Source: Myxococcota bacterium (GTDB taxonomy: Bacteria > Myxococcota_A > SURF-8). Taken from it: a stretch of 64,000 nt of DNA. Numbering within the stretch: position 1 is the stretch's first letter; every line of letters starts with the position of its first letter. The stretch is from contig OZ223209.1 of NCBI GenBank assembly GCA_965140415.1, positions 5,024,001 to 5,088,000 on the forward strand. The letters are read 5' to 3'. Both the position numbers and the translations under genes were made by a program. This document shows positions 11,350 to 21,356 of the stretch, in pieces. The notes beneath the pieces are model-generated. The model had not been told where the DNA came from. It did no database searches and saw nothing but the letters and a program-made list of their open reading frames with translations.

Positions 11350-11889
11350 ATGCAAGCGGAAATTATGTGTGCCGGTTTTGGTGGTCAGGGAATCATGGTA
11401 ATCGGAAAACTGCTGGCGCTGGCAGCGTTGGATCAAGGACGGGAAGTCGCCTGGATTCCTTCTTATGGACCGGAAATGCGCGGCGGTACGGCCTATTGTA
11501 CGGTCGTTCTGGCGGATCGCCCGATCGGCTCGCCGATCATCGAGAATCCCTCGCATCTGGTTATCATGAACCGACCCTCGCTGGAGAAATTCGCACCGAA
11601 GATGAAAACCAAGGGTGTGTGCATGATCAACAGCTCGCTGATTCCCATCGATGCCGGGCGCGAGGATATCGATCAACTCAACGTGCCGTGCAATGACATC
11701 GCCATCGAGATGGGCAACCCGCGTATGGCCAACATCGTTGCCCTGGGTGCATTCGCTCAGCGCAGCGGCCTGTTCGATATGGACTTGATCCGCAAAGCGG
11801 TGTCGTACAATTTCGAAAAGAAACCCAAGCTGATCGAGCCGAACATGAAGGCACTGCAACGCGGTATCGATATCGCCAACGGCAACTGA
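11350..11889 (+). CDS. 2-oxoacid:ferredoxin oxidoreductase gamma subunit
   Basis: GFGGQG, SYGPEMRGG and NIVALGA motifs. Confidence 0.93.
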   Translation: MQAEIMCAGFGGQGIMVIGKLLALAALDQGREVAWIPSYGPEMRGGTAYCTVVLADRPIGSPIIENPSHLVIMNRPSLEKFAPKMKTKGVCMINSSLIPIDAGREDIDQLNVPCNDIAIEMGNPRMANIVALGAFAQRSGLFDMDLIRKAVSYNFEKKPKLIEPNMKALQRGIDIANGN

Positions 11890-11971
11890 GGCGAAACGGG
11901 ATTTCGTACTATGAAAACGCGCCGCTACGAATGACATAGCGGCCTTGAGCTGATAGCTGGAGGATGTGACC

Positions 11972-13030
11972 ATGGCGAAGAAACTCATGAAGGGAGCCGA
12001 AGCGATTGGCGAAGCCGCCATCTGGGCCGGATGCAAATCCTACTTCTGCTACCCGATCACGCCGCAAACCGAAGTGGCCGAATACCTGGCCCGGCGTATG
12101 CCCGAAGTCGATGGCGTATTTCTACAGGCGGAAAGCGAACTGGCTGCAAGCAACATGCTCTTCGGAGCCGCCGCAACCGGCACGCGCGTCTTTACGACCT
12201 CATCTTCGCCGGGCATCAGCCTGATGCAGGAAGCCATTTCCTACATCGCCGCCGCCGAACTGCCGGTGGTGATCGTCAACATCGTGCGTTCCGGCCCCGG
12301 TCTGGGCGGCATTCTACCGGCGCAGTCGGACTATTTCCAGTCCACCAAGGGTGGCGGTCATGGTGATTACCGCACGATCGTACTGGCTCCCAGCACGGTG
12401 CAGGAAGCGGTCAGCATGATGATGAAAGCCTTCGATATCGCCGATCAATACCGCAATCCGGTGATCATGGTAGGTGACGGCCTGATCGGACAGATGATGG
12501 AACCGGTGGAGTTCCCGGAAAACTACCAGCCCAAGGTGGTCGATCATACCGGTTGGGCCACCGATGGCTGCAAGGGTCGCAAACCGCATCTGGTCAAGAC
12601 CCTGTTCCTGGACGCCCAGCTTTGCGATCTGCACAATCAGAACCTCGAAAAGAAATACAAAGAAATCGAAGCGAATGAAAAAGACTGGGAAGACTGGAAC
12701 CTGGACGACAACTATGAGTTGTTGATCGTGAGCTACGGCACGATGAGCCGCATCTGTAAAACCGCCATCGAAGATCTGGCCAAAGAAGGCATCAAAGTCG
12801 GCATGGTGCGTCCCAAAACCCTGTGGCCCTTCCCCGGCGAAGCCATTGCACGCGCTGCGGACAAACCGGAAGTCAAGGCGGTATTGTCGGTGGAAATGAG
12901 CATGGGTCAAATGATAGAAGACATCGAACGTGCACTGCACGGCATCAAGCCGGTGCATTTTTACGGACGCGCCGGTGGCGTTGTGCCAACGGTAGAAGAA
13001 GTAACCACCAAAATCAAAAGCCTGTTCTAA
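11972..13030 (+). CDS. vorB: 2-oxoacid:ferredoxin oxidoreductase alpha subunit (3-methyl-2-oxobutanoate dehydrogenase VorB-like)
   Basis: YPITPQTE, QAESE, SSSPGISL, GPGLGGI, GGGHGDY and GQMMEPV; GGAGG Shine-Dalgarno. Confidence 0.88.
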   Translation: MAKKLMKGAEAIGEAAIWAGCKSYFCYPITPQTEVAEYLARRMPEVDGVFLQAESELAASNMLFGAAATGTRVFTTSSSPGISLMQEAISYIAAAELPVVIVNIVRSGPGLGGILPAQSDYFQSTKGGGHGDYRTIVLAPSTVQEAVSMMMKAFDIADQYRNPVIMVGDGLIGQMMEPVEFPENYQPKVVDHTGWATDGCKGRKPHLVKTLFLDAQLCDLHNQNLEKKYKEIEANEKDWEDWNLDDNYELLIVSYGTMSRICKTAIEDLAKEGIKVGMVRPKTLWPFPGEAIARAADKPEVKAVLSVEMSMGQMIEDIERALHGIKPVHFYGRAGGVVPTVEEVTTKIKSLF

Positions 13031-13055
13031 AACGAAAGCGAATTGAGTTTTCACG

Positions 13056-13083
13056 CGCCGTCGGTTTTTCCGACGGCGTTTTT
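13056..13083 (+). terminator. Intrinsic terminator
   Basis: CGCCGTCGG-TTTTT-CCGACGGCG followed by a T-run. Confidence 0.8.
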
Positions 13084-13337
13084 CGTTTTCCCAAGACGCG
13101 GCTCTTTTTCCCATTCATCTTGCAGACAAAGTCCTCGCCATCCGGTTGAAATTTTGCTATTTTCAAGACTTATCATGCGCTTGGAAGACTCAAGGCTCCA
13201 GTCTTGAACCAGCGCTTTCCGGTCTGGATTCCCATCCCGACCAAGATGACAAAAAACGGAAGAGCAGGACGGCAGCCCTGTTCCAACTTAGAACCCTGTT
13301 GATATTGCAACCGGATCGATAGAATGGAATTGCAACG

Positions 13338-14351
13338 ATGAAAATCATTTATTCCGAGCAGCAAAAGTCGCACAAACCACGCTGGGAATGGAACTTCGGG
13401 CGTAAAGTGCCCTATCCTGAAAAGTCGAGCCGGATACAGGAGATACTAAAGGGCTTGCACAAACAGGGGTTGGGCGACACGATCATCAAGTCAAAAACCT
13501 TTTCGAAAGCGCATATTTACAAGGTTCACGACCGTGGCATGGTCAATCACATCAAATCCTGTGAGCAAATGCCCGAGGGTGAGAAGGTGCATGCCCACAT
13601 CTTTCCCTATCGTTCGTATGATCCGCATCCCAAAACAAATCTCAAGCGCGCCGGGTATTATTGCTTCGATGTCGGTACCCAGATCGACCGGCACACCTAC
13701 GCTGCCGCCAAATCGGCGGTCGATGTCGCCCTGCACGGTGCGAAACTGATTTACGACGGTAACCAGCAGCGAGTCTTTTCACTCTGTCGACCACCGGGAC
13801 ATCACGCCGCACGCGCCATTTACGGTGGGTATTGCTATTTCAACAATGTGGCCATCGCCGCGTTGTATCTGTCGCAGATGGGACGCATCGCCATTTTGGA
13901 TCTGGACTTTCACCACGGCAACGGCACACAGGGTGTTTTTTACCAGGTACCCAATGTGCTGGTGATTTCCATCCATGGTGACCCGCGCAATCACTACCCG
14001 TATTTCTGCGGCTTCAAAGGAGAAAAGGGAGAGTACCTGGGCGCCGGATTCAATCGCAACGTCCCGCTGCCCGATGGTGTGGATGATGACGCCTACCTGC
14101 ATGTCCTGGAGCGCGAGTTGAAACGGATTCGCGCGTTTCGTCCCAAATGCCTACTTGTGTCGATGGGCTTCGATACCTTCAAGGGAGACCCGGTCGGTTC
14201 TTTCACGCTCAGTTCAGACTTTTACGGGGTGATCGGGGAGGTGCTGTCGCAGCAAAAATTCCCGGTGCAGGCTTGCCTGGAAGGTGGCTATCTGATCGAC
14301 AAGCTCGCCGAGAACGCCTCTAATTTCGCCGTTGGATTGAATGGCGGGTAG
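13338..14351 (+). CDS. Histone deacetylase family protein (acetylpolyamine amidohydrolase-like)
   Basis: RPPGHHA, GYCYFNN, DLDFHHGNGTQ, SIHGDP, GFDTFKGDP and LEGGY. Confidence 0.92.
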   Translation: MKIIYSEQQKSHKPRWEWNFGRKVPYPEKSSRIQEILKGLHKQGLGDTIIKSKTFSKAHIYKVHDRGMVNHIKSCEQMPEGEKVHAHIFPYRSYDPHPKTNLKRAGYYCFDVGTQIDRHTYAAAKSAVDVALHGAKLIYDGNQQRVFSLCRPPGHHAARAIYGGYCYFNNVAIAALYLSQMGRIAILDLDFHHGNGTQGVFYQVPNVLVISIHGDPRNHYPYFCGFKGEKGEYLGAGFNRNVPLPDGVDDDAYLHVLERELKRIRAFRPKCLLVSMGFDTFKGDPVGSFTLSSDFYGVIGEVLSQQKFPVQACLEGGYLIDKLAENASNFAVGLNGG

Positions 14352-14453
14352 AACACCTTCCTCAAATTGGTTTATGCCGTGTTGCAAAAAGTCCAAAGTT
14401 TTTGTTGAAATCTCTGCAATAGGGAGCTAGAAATGGGGTGGAGGTTGTTACCG

Positions 14454-15935
14454 ATGCCTGTTGTAGTTGACCGCGAATCGTCCATTCCACTTCATTTGCA
14501 GGTGCGTCGCGGATTACGTGATGCCATCGTTCGGGGAGATTTTCCACCGGGGCAGGCGTTGCCTTCGTTGCGCACCTTGGCGCAACAAACCGGTGTCAAT
14601 AAACTCACCATGTTAAAAGCCGTCGAAGGACTCAAGCGCATCGGTCTTGTAGAGGCGGTGCGCGGTAAAGGCGTGTTTGTATGCGATCCGCTACCCGAAG
14701 TTGAAGAGCGTTTCGATATCGAGCCGGCGGAAAAAAATCGCTTTTACGAAGGCGCCGCTGAAGGTCCGGAGCCGGAGGAACTGGCGGACGGCATCATGGA
14801 AACGGTGGACAAGGGAATGCGCACCGACCAGATCTCCTTTGCCGCCGCTTTCCCACCTGCCGAATTCCTCCCGGCCAATCACATTCGCTTGCGCATGGCC
14901 GCTCTGCTCAAAGAGCAGCAAGGTGCTGCGCTGGCCTACAGTCAAACTCACGGCGTTCCCGGTTTGCGGGAATCGCTCTGTGACTGGTTGACGACCCGCA
15001 ACCTGCGGATCTCGGATCACGATCAGGTGCTGATCGTTTCCGGTGCACAGCAGGCGATTACGCTGGCGTTACAGGTACTGGTAAGACCGGGCGAATCGGT
15101 ATTGGTGGAAAGCCCCGGTTATCTGGGTGTGATTTTCGCCTGCCGCCAATTGGGAATCCGCATGGAATCGGTGCCGCTGGACAAGCGCGGGCTGGACTGC
15201 GACCGCTTGGAAACCCGCCTGAAGCGCGGAGAATTCCGGGCGCTGTTTTGCGTACCCAATTTCCAGAATCCGACCGGCATCACGATGTCGGAGGTTCGTC
15301 GGCGACGCGTGCTGGATCTGGCGCGCAGTGCGGGCGTGTACGTCATCGAGGACGATGCCTGCGGCGACTTGCGTTTCACCGGCAAGATCATTCCGCCGAT
15401 CAAGGCATTGGAAGGCAACGAGCACGTGTTGTACGTGGGCAGCTTTTCCAAATCGATCGCGCCGGGGCTGCGTGTCGGCTACATGGTCGCCCACCGCGAC
15501 CTGGCCGCCAAACTGCGGCGTATGAAAGAGGTGCATGATATCTGTGCGCCGACATTATCCCAGCATGTGATGGACGACATGCTGCGCTCGGGCATGTACG
15601 CCAGACATCTGCGCAAAACGCGGCGCGCTTTCCGCAAGCGTTGCAACACCATGATTCGTGCGCTACAGGAACATCTGCCGGAGCAGGCGCGTTTTACCGA
15701 ACCCAAGGGCGGTTTGCACCTTTGGGTAGTGCTGCCTGAATCGGTGGATGTAATGCAGTTGCAAAAGCAAGCTGAAAAGCAGCACATTTATTTCAGTCCT
15801 GGAAACCTGTTCTTTGCCGATCGACGCGGCAATAACTGTTTACGTTTGAATTTCGCCAGCAATCCGTCCTCCCAGATCGAGGAGGGCATCTCCCGGCTCG
15901 GACAGTTGATCCGGGAGGCCGAAAGGAGACACTGA
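14454..15935 (+). CDS. GntR/MocR family PLP-dependent transcriptional regulator
   Basis: N-terminal winged helix (LPSLRTLA...VRGKGVFV) plus aminotransferase domain (GAQQA, FQNPTG, IEDD, SFSKSIAPGLRVGY). GGAGG Shine-Dalgarno before MPVVV. Confidence 0.93.
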   Translation: MPVVVDRESSIPLHLQVRRGLRDAIVRGDFPPGQALPSLRTLAQQTGVNKLTMLKAVEGLKRIGLVEAVRGKGVFVCDPLPEVEERFDIEPAEKNRFYEGAAEGPEPEELADGIMETVDKGMRTDQISFAAAFPPAEFLPANHIRLRMAALLKEQQGAALAYSQTHGVPGLRESLCDWLTTRNLRISDHDQVLIVSGAQQAITLALQVLVRPGESVLVESPGYLGVIFACRQLGIRMESVPLDKRGLDCDRLETRLKRGEFRALFCVPNFQNPTGITMSEVRRRRVLDLARSAGVYVIEDDACGDLRFTGKIIPPIKALEGNEHVLYVGSFSKSIAPGLRVGYMVAHRDLAAKLRRMKEVHDICAPTLSQHVMDDMLRSGMYARHLRKTRRAFRKRCNTMIRALQEHLPEQARFTEPKGGLHLWVVLPESVDVMQLQKQAEKQHIYFSPGNLFFADRRGNNCLRLNFASNPSSQIEEGISRLGQLIREAERRH

Positions 15936-17011
15936 TGGATATCCGTATCGAGCCGATGAAACCCGAATTGAAAAAAGATCCGAAGGAAATCCTGGCCGGA
16001 GAACTTGGATTCGGGCAGGTATTCTGCGATCAAATGTTCACCGTGGAATACAATCCGGAACAGGGCTGGCACAATGCCCGTATCCGTCCTTACGAACCAT
16101 TTCAACTCGATCCCGCCGCATTGGTGCTGCACTACGCCCAGGAAATTTTCGAAGGACTCAAAGCCTATCGCCTGCCCGACGGCGGCGTGGGCATGTTCCG
16201 CCCCGAAATGAACGCCGAGCGCATGAACAATTCGGCCCGCCGCCTGGTTATGCCGGAATTACCGGTGGAAGGTCAACTGAAAGCCATGCATTGGCTGGTC
16301 AAGGAATTGAAAGACTGGGTGCCCGATAAGGCCGGGTATTCGCTGTATTTGCGACCCACCATGATCGCCACCACGCCCGTGCTGGGCGTCAGGCCCTCCA
16401 ACGATTACCTGTATTACATCATCTGTTCCCCGGTAGCCGGGTATTTCTCCGGCGGCTTCAAGCCGGTGCGCATCGCCACCAGCCAGCAATACGTTCGTGC
16501 AGCAGTGGGCGGTGTTGGAGCAGCCAAAACCGGCGGCAACTATGCGGCCAGCCTGCTTGCCGCCAAGGCCGCCAAGGAAGAAGGCTTCGATCAGGTGGTC
16601 TGGCTCGACGCCAAGGAACATCGCTACATCGAGGAAATGGGCGGCATGAACATCTTCTTCGTCAGCGGTAAGAAGCTGATGACCTGCCCCTTGACCGGCT
16701 CGATTCTGCCGGGCATCACCCGCAACTCGATTTTAACGCTTGCACCCGAACTGGGCTATGAAGTCGAGGAAACCCTGCTGGATGCAAACGAGGTCTGCGC
16801 CAAAATCGACAGCGGCGAAATCGGCGAGATCTTCGCCTGCGGCACGGCGGCGGTAATTACGGCGGTCGGCGAATTCAGCCATGGCGGAACGAATCACAAG
16901 GTGGGCGACGGCCAACCTGGGGAAATCACGAAACATCTGCACGAAACACTGACCGGTATCCAGAACGGCAAGCTGGAAGACCGTCACAACTGGACCGCGC
17001 GCGTGCTGTAA
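15935..17011 (+). CDS. ilvE: Branched-chain amino acid aminotransferase
   Basis: LHYAQEIFEGLKAY, LYLRP, AKTGGNYAAS, EEMGGMN, ILPGITR and GTAAVI. TGATG overlap with the regulator gene. Confidence 0.95.
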   Translation: MDIRIEPMKPELKKDPKEILAGELGFGQVFCDQMFTVEYNPEQGWHNARIRPYEPFQLDPAALVLHYAQEIFEGLKAYRLPDGGVGMFRPEMNAERMNNSARRLVMPELPVEGQLKAMHWLVKELKDWVPDKAGYSLYLRPTMIATTPVLGVRPSNDYLYYIICSPVAGYFSGGFKPVRIATSQQYVRAAVGGVGAAKTGGNYAASLLAAKAAKEEGFDQVVWLDAKEHRYIEEMGGMNIFFVSGKKLMTCPLTGSILPGITRNSILTLAPELGYEVEETLLDANEVCAKIDSGEIGEIFACGTAAVITAVGEFSHGGTNHKVGDGQPGEITKHLHETLTGIQNGKLEDRHNWTARVL

Positions 17012-17033
17012 CGCAAACCTGTGTGTCATCGAC

Positions 17034-17060
17034 AAGCCCGGCGCTCTGCCGGGCTTTTTT
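17034..17060 (+). terminator. Intrinsic terminator
   Basis: AAGCCCGGC-GCTCT-GCCGGGCTT followed by TTTT. Confidence 0.85.
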
Positions 17061-17204
17061 GGTGGGGTAAAGCCTTTTAGAATCATCGGTTGGGCAAGAT
17101 TTTCTTCCGCTTTTTTACACCCTGTAAGTAACACATGAATCACTATTGAATGAATCCGCTTGACAAGCTCCCGTCGCGTATGGTACTTGTTACATACTCG
17201 CCAC

Positions 17205-17304
17205 GAAAGTCGTAGTCGTAGACATTTTCAATATTCACTCACCATCGATATCATCATCCATCGGCTGTTTTGTCGGACAGAAAATCTGTCCGAACTACAA
17301 TACT
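17205..17304. repeat. REP-doublet-like element, copy 1 (first hairpin deleted)
   Basis: 17221-17304 is identical (84 bp) to 18382-18465 and contains the hairpin GTCGGACAGAAAATCTGTCCGAACTAC. Confidence 0.85.
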
Positions 17305-17364
17305 AATATAATAATGCAGTGCAACAACGATCATTTGTCCTGCTTCTGAAAAAAGGAGACGAAA

Positions 17365-18342
17365 ATGCGAATTAACCGATTGAAAGTATTCTTTTTTGCA
17401 GGAATCATCGCTCTGCTTTTTTGCGCCTGCAACGAATCGGATACAAACAGCGACGGCGATAGCAAGACCGATGGTGATTTGGACATGGAATTCACAGAGA
17501 ATTTCGATGCAGAGCAGGAACCGGAAGCCGAGTTGGATCTGTACGAGGGCAACTGCGAGGAATATATTGTTCCGAGAAGACTGACGGCCTGTTGGGATAC
17601 AAACGCTTGGCCCGATAATTGGAGCGTATTCAAAGATCCAAGTTATGGTGAAAATGTTTTAGTGTTCAATGGCCAGATCTTAGACATCGGTCAAGAACCG
17701 GAACGCATAGGATTTTGTTCAAGCCAAATCAGTTCCATTTCTGGGATACATGAAGATTACGCCTTTGAACCTGGTTCAAAGTGCTGGATCTCCTTAAAAG
17801 ATCAACTGGATACAGTCTGGTCCCTAGGGCTCCTGGGAGCAGGCTTGAACCCAAACCTGCAAACCGGACAAAACGTGAAAATCCTGATGTGGCAGGAACG
17901 GGATTGGGGATTGGGTTGGCTGGATTTGTACGTTGAAGACGAACTCGTATACCAAATTTTCAACACCAGCACAGCTAGAATTGCTGAAGGTTTGCAACAC
18001 CCGGATGAGCTGGAGTTTACGACGGACACCATCTGCCAGCAAACACGCGGCACGCAGGCAAATGGTCGTAGTGATGCTTACCATGAGTTGTGGGTCAAGC
18101 ACGAACAATGCTGGTATGTTTTACAACCCGGCGAAGTGCGCTATATTCCAAACACGGATTGGGTGGTCGTTTTCGAACAATCCAGCAGCATATCGGTTTG
18201 GGGAGAAGACAATCCGTACAACGAAACACTGTACACCAAAAGCCCCGTAGCCCTGTACAAGGTCGATTCCGACCCGACCGGTACGCCGCTGCTAAACGGC
18301 TTCTCCTGGAGCAACGCCCCCTGCCAGCCGGTGGAAGAGTAA
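17365..18342 (+). CDS. Hypothetical lipoprotein with DGD motifs after the lipobox
   Basis: AGGAG Shine-Dalgarno, lipobox FCAC, then DGDSKTDGDLD; appears lower in GC than its neighbours. Confidence 0.75.
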   Translation: MRINRLKVFFFAGIIALLFCACNESDTNSDGDSKTDGDLDMEFTENFDAEQEPEAELDLYEGNCEEYIVPRRLTACWDTNAWPDNWSVFKDPSYGENVLVFNGQILDIGQEPERIGFCSSQISSISGIHEDYAFEPGSKCWISLKDQLDTVWSLGLLGAGLNPNLQTGQNVKILMWQERDWGLGWLDLYVEDELVYQIFNTSTARIAEGLQHPDELEFTTDTICQQTRGTQANGRSDAYHELWVKHEQCWYVLQPGEVRYIPNTDWVVVFEQSSSISVWGEDNPYNETLYTKSPVALYKVDSDPTGTPLLNGFSWSNAPCQPVEE

Positions 18343-18343
18343 G

Positions 18344-18463
18344 GAAAAGCCGTAGCCGTAGGTCGGACAAATTTCTTGTCCGACATTTTCAATATTCACT
18401 CACCATCGATATCATCATCCATCGGCTGTTTTGTCGGACAGAAAATCTGTCCGAACTACAATA
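18344..18463. repeat. REP-doublet (REPIN-like) element, copy 2, flanked by a 23-bp direct duplication
   Basis: GTAG-GTCGGACAAATTTCTTGTCCGAC (18358-18384) and inverted GTCGGACAGAAAATCTGTCCGAA-CTAC (18433-18459). CTGCCAGCCGGTGGAAGAGTAAG occurs at 18321-18343 and 18464-18486. Confidence 0.85.
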
Positions 18464-18498
18464 CTGCCAGCCGGTGGAAGAGTAAGACACCCACACAC

Positions 18499-18533
18499 AA
18501 ACGGGGATGACCTTGCCGGTTCATCCCCGTTTT
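18499..18533. terminator. Probable bidirectional terminator
   Basis: AAACGGGGATGA...TCATCCCCGTTT between convergent genes. Confidence 0.8.
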
Positions 18534-18557
18534 AAAAACAATCGTGTTTGTTTAAAA

Positions 18558-20663
18558 TCAGAGCGTGCGCAGCAAGGTCAATCCCTTTTTCGTGCCGCTG
18601 CGGTCGGCGTCGGTCGAGTAACAGATGGTGCCGCAACGCAGGCAACGCGAGGCTTCACGCAACAGGTCTTCGTGAGTGATGGTCTGATCCACTTCGTCGT
18701 AGGAGTAGATGCGCTCGGCGGGATTCAATTCGTCGAAATGCACGCGCTGGCTGCGATCCACACCGTTCAATTCCGCCAGTTTCGATAAAGTCAGCGGCTT
18801 TTTCTGGATGTTGGCGGGAACGCTCATGTCTTCGCCATTCAGGAAACAATGGATGGCGCGCGCCGCTTTGCGGCCTGAACCGATGGCCGTGACCGCCAGC
18901 GCCGGACCGGTGAAACCGTCGCCTGCGGCGAAGATCTTGGGAACGCCGGTCTGGCAGGTATCGTCGTTGCCGTCCAACGTCCCCCAACGGGTGACTTCCA
19001 ACCCGCGCTCTTTCAAGGATTCCGGCACGAAAGAGGGGTCCACTTTCTGTCCGATGGCGGCGATAACCGTATCCAGTTCGATCACGTGCTCGGAACCTTC
19101 TTTGGGCACCGGGCGACGGCGACCGCTGGCGTCGGGTTCTCCCAGTTCCATTTCGATGACTTCCAAGCCGGTCAGCACGTTGTTCTCGTCGGCGACCAAT
19201 TTCGTGGGTGCGTTCAGGAACAGCAGCTTTACACCCTCTTCCTTGGCGGCATGGATTTCGACCGGGTTGGCGGGCATTTCCTTTTCGGTGCGGCGATAAA
19301 TGATACTCACCTCTTCCGCGCCTTCACGTAGCGCCGAACGGGATGCGTCGATGGCGGTATTGCCGCCGCCGATGACCGCAACGCGTTTGCCCATCGTTAC
19401 AGAGATGCCCTGCTCGCGCTTGGCCAGGAAATTGATGCCGCCCCATACGCCTTCGATGCTGTCTTCGCCTTCCAGTCGCATGGTGCTGTTGATCCAGGCA
19501 CCGATCGCCACCAGCACGGCGTCGTATTTCTCCTCCAGGCCATCCAGCGTGATGTCGCGTCCCAGGCGAACGCCGGTTTTGGCGGTCACACCCATGTCCA
19601 AAATTCCCTGGATATCCCAGTCCAGAATCTTTTTCGGCAGGCGATATTCCGGGATGCCGTAGCGCAGCATGCCGCCAAGGTGGTCTTCGCTCTCGAAGAT
19701 GGTCACATCGTGTCCGAGCCGACGCAGGAAGTAGGCGGCTGTCAAGCCTGCCGGACCACCACCTACAACGGCGATGTGCTTGCCGGTATCGGGCAGAACG
19801 GGCAACTTGATGTGCTGATCGTCCAGCCGTTCCCAGTCCGCCACGTAACGCTTAATCACATTATGAAACACCGGATCGTCACCAGCCGCCGAACGGCGGC
19901 AGCCTTCTTCACAGGGAGCGGGGCAGATGCGCCCGCACACGCTGGGCAAGGGGTTGCGATCCTTAATGATGGTCAACGCTCCTTCGAAATCGCCTTCGGC
20001 GGCGGCTTTGACATAGTTGGGAATATCGATCTGTGCCGGGCAGATCTGGCGGCAGGGAGCCAGGCATTCGTCTACGGTATTCAGATGCAACAGCGAGGAA
20101 CTCAGCGTTTCCAGTTGAATGACGCCGTGCGGGCAGACGCGCACGCAGGCTCCGCAGCCTCTACAAGCTTCGGCGTTGAAACGCGGATAACCGTCCGGTC
20201 CCATGCGAATGGCGTCGAATGCGCAGGCTTCCACACAGGAACCGAATCCCAAGCAACCCAGGGTACAGTTGCTGTCGCCGTCGTAAAATTCCGCCACCGC
20301 CTGGCAGGAAAGTGCGCCATCGTAATGGAACAGTTCGCCCGCGCGCTGGTTGCTGGAGCAGTAGCGCTTGGCCAGCGACGGCTCCTTGACTTCGACCTTG
20401 ATGCCCATAATGGCTCCAACCGCCTGGGCAATGTCCGGGCCTCCGGCCACGCAGCCATCGACGGGCGCTTCTCCTTTGACGATGGCTTCGGCCATCGCGC
20501 CGCAACCCGGCATGCCGCAGCCGCCGCAATTGGCTCCCACCAACGCATCGGCCACCTGATCGATACGCGGGTCCTGTTCCACATAAAATACCTTGGAGGC
20601 AAACGCCAGCCCGGCGGCTGCCGCTAGTCCTAATCCCAGCATCAACAAGGTTGCGCTAATCAT
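18558..20663 (-). CDS. rnfB: RnfB fused to a GltD/NfnB-like FAD/NAD(P)H oxidoreductase
   Basis: N-terminal TM helix, GANCGGCGMPGC and two ferredoxin motifs; then APCRQICP, NPLPSVCGRICPAPCE, GGGPAG, GGMLRYGIPEYRLP, GGGNTAID, YRR and EASRCLRC. Confidence 0.9.
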   Translation of the reverse strand: MISATLLMLGLGLAAAAGLAFASKVFYVEQDPRIDQVADALVGANCGGCGMPGCGAMAEAIVKGEAPVDGCVAGGPDIAQAVGAIMGIKVEVKEPSLAKRYCSSNQRAGELFHYDGALSCQAVAEFYDGDSNCTLGCLGFGSCVEACAFDAIRMGPDGYPRFNAEACRGCGACVRVCPHGVIQLETLSSSLLHLNTVDECLAPCRQICPAQIDIPNYVKAAAEGDFEGALTIIKDRNPLPSVCGRICPAPCEEGCRRSAAGDDPVFHNVIKRYVADWERLDDQHIKLPVLPDTGKHIAVVGGGPAGLTAAYFLRRLGHDVTIFESEDHLGGMLRYGIPEYRLPKKILDWDIQGILDMGVTAKTGVRLGRDITLDGLEEKYDAVLVAIGAWINSTMRLEGEDSIEGVWGGINFLAKREQGISVTMGKRVAVIGGGNTAIDASRSALREGAEEVSIIYRRTEKEMPANPVEIHAAKEEGVKLLFLNAPTKLVADENNVLTGLEVIEMELGEPDASGRRRPVPKEGSEHVIELDTVIAAIGQKVDPSFVPESLKERGLEVTRWGTLDGNDDTCQTGVPKIFAAGDGFTGPALAVTAIGSGRKAARAIHCFLNGEDMSVPANIQKKPLTLSKLAELNGVDRSQRVHFDELNPAERIYSYDEVDQTITHEDLLREASRCLRCGTICYSTDADRSGTKKGLTLLRTL

Positions 20664-20733
20664 GCTCGTGCCTCTCGTATAGCCATAATCATCGTAGAAA
20701 ACCTTCCCTGGCGGTCGTGGCAGACCACCTGGA

Positions 20734-21306
20734 TCAGATCATCCCTTTGAACGCGAAAAAGGTCAATGACATCATACCGGCTGTGATCAATCCCAGAGCA
20801 GTGCCTCTCAGCGGTCGGGGAACGGGAGCGAATTCGAATTTCTCCCGGATACCCGCAAACAATACCAATGCCAACCCGAAACCCGCCGCAGCGGAGAAGG
20901 AATACACTAAGCATTGCACGAAGGTATGGTCATTCTTGATGTTCAACAGCGCCGCACCCAGCACCGCGCAGTTGGTGGTAATCAGCGGTAAAAAGATCCC
21001 CAACGCCTGATACAGGGTCGGCAGGGTTTTTCGCAGAAACATTTCAACCAGTTGCACCAGCGCCGCAATCACCAGAATAAACGCCAGCGTACGCAGATAT
21101 TGCAGATCGTAGGGAACGAGCAGGAAATGCTCGACGATCCAGGCGATGGCCGCCGCCAATACCAGAATGAACTGCACCGCAAGCGCCATGCCGATGGCGG
21201 TATCCATCTTCTTGGAAACACCAAGGAATGGGCAGTTTCCAAGGAATTGCGCCAACAAAATGTTGTTGACGAAAATCGCGCTGATGATCATAAGGAAGTA
21301 GTCCAT
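20734..21306 (-). CDS. rnfA: Electron transport complex subunit RnfA
   Basis: [18 protein letters not shown] and [16 protein letters not shown]. Confidence 0.95.
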   Translation of the reverse strand: MDYFLMIISAIFVNNILLAQFLGNCPFLGVSKKMDTAIGMALAVQFILVLAAAIAWIVEHFLLVPYDLQYLRTLAFILVIAALVQLVEMFLRKTLPTLYQALGIFLPLITTNCAVLGAALLNIKNDHTFVQCLVYSFSAAAGFGLALVLFAGIREKFEFAPVPRPLRGTALGLITAGMMSLTFFAFKGMI

Positions 21307-21356
21307 CGAAACCCTCTATCCGATTAGGTTAGCGAATCCGTATTCTTTTCAATTAC

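Noticed and set aside
11080-12036. Long alternative-frame ORFs (this one, and e.g. 19680-20627, 26218-27096, 32324-33316)
   Set aside because: They overlap well-supported genes on the opposite strand and have no recognisable motifs, as expected from GC-rich codon bias.
17205-18486. Integron cassette or composite transposon
   Set aside because: No attC-type core sites were recognised and there is no integrase or transposase in the window. The GTAG hairpin doublet fits a REP better.
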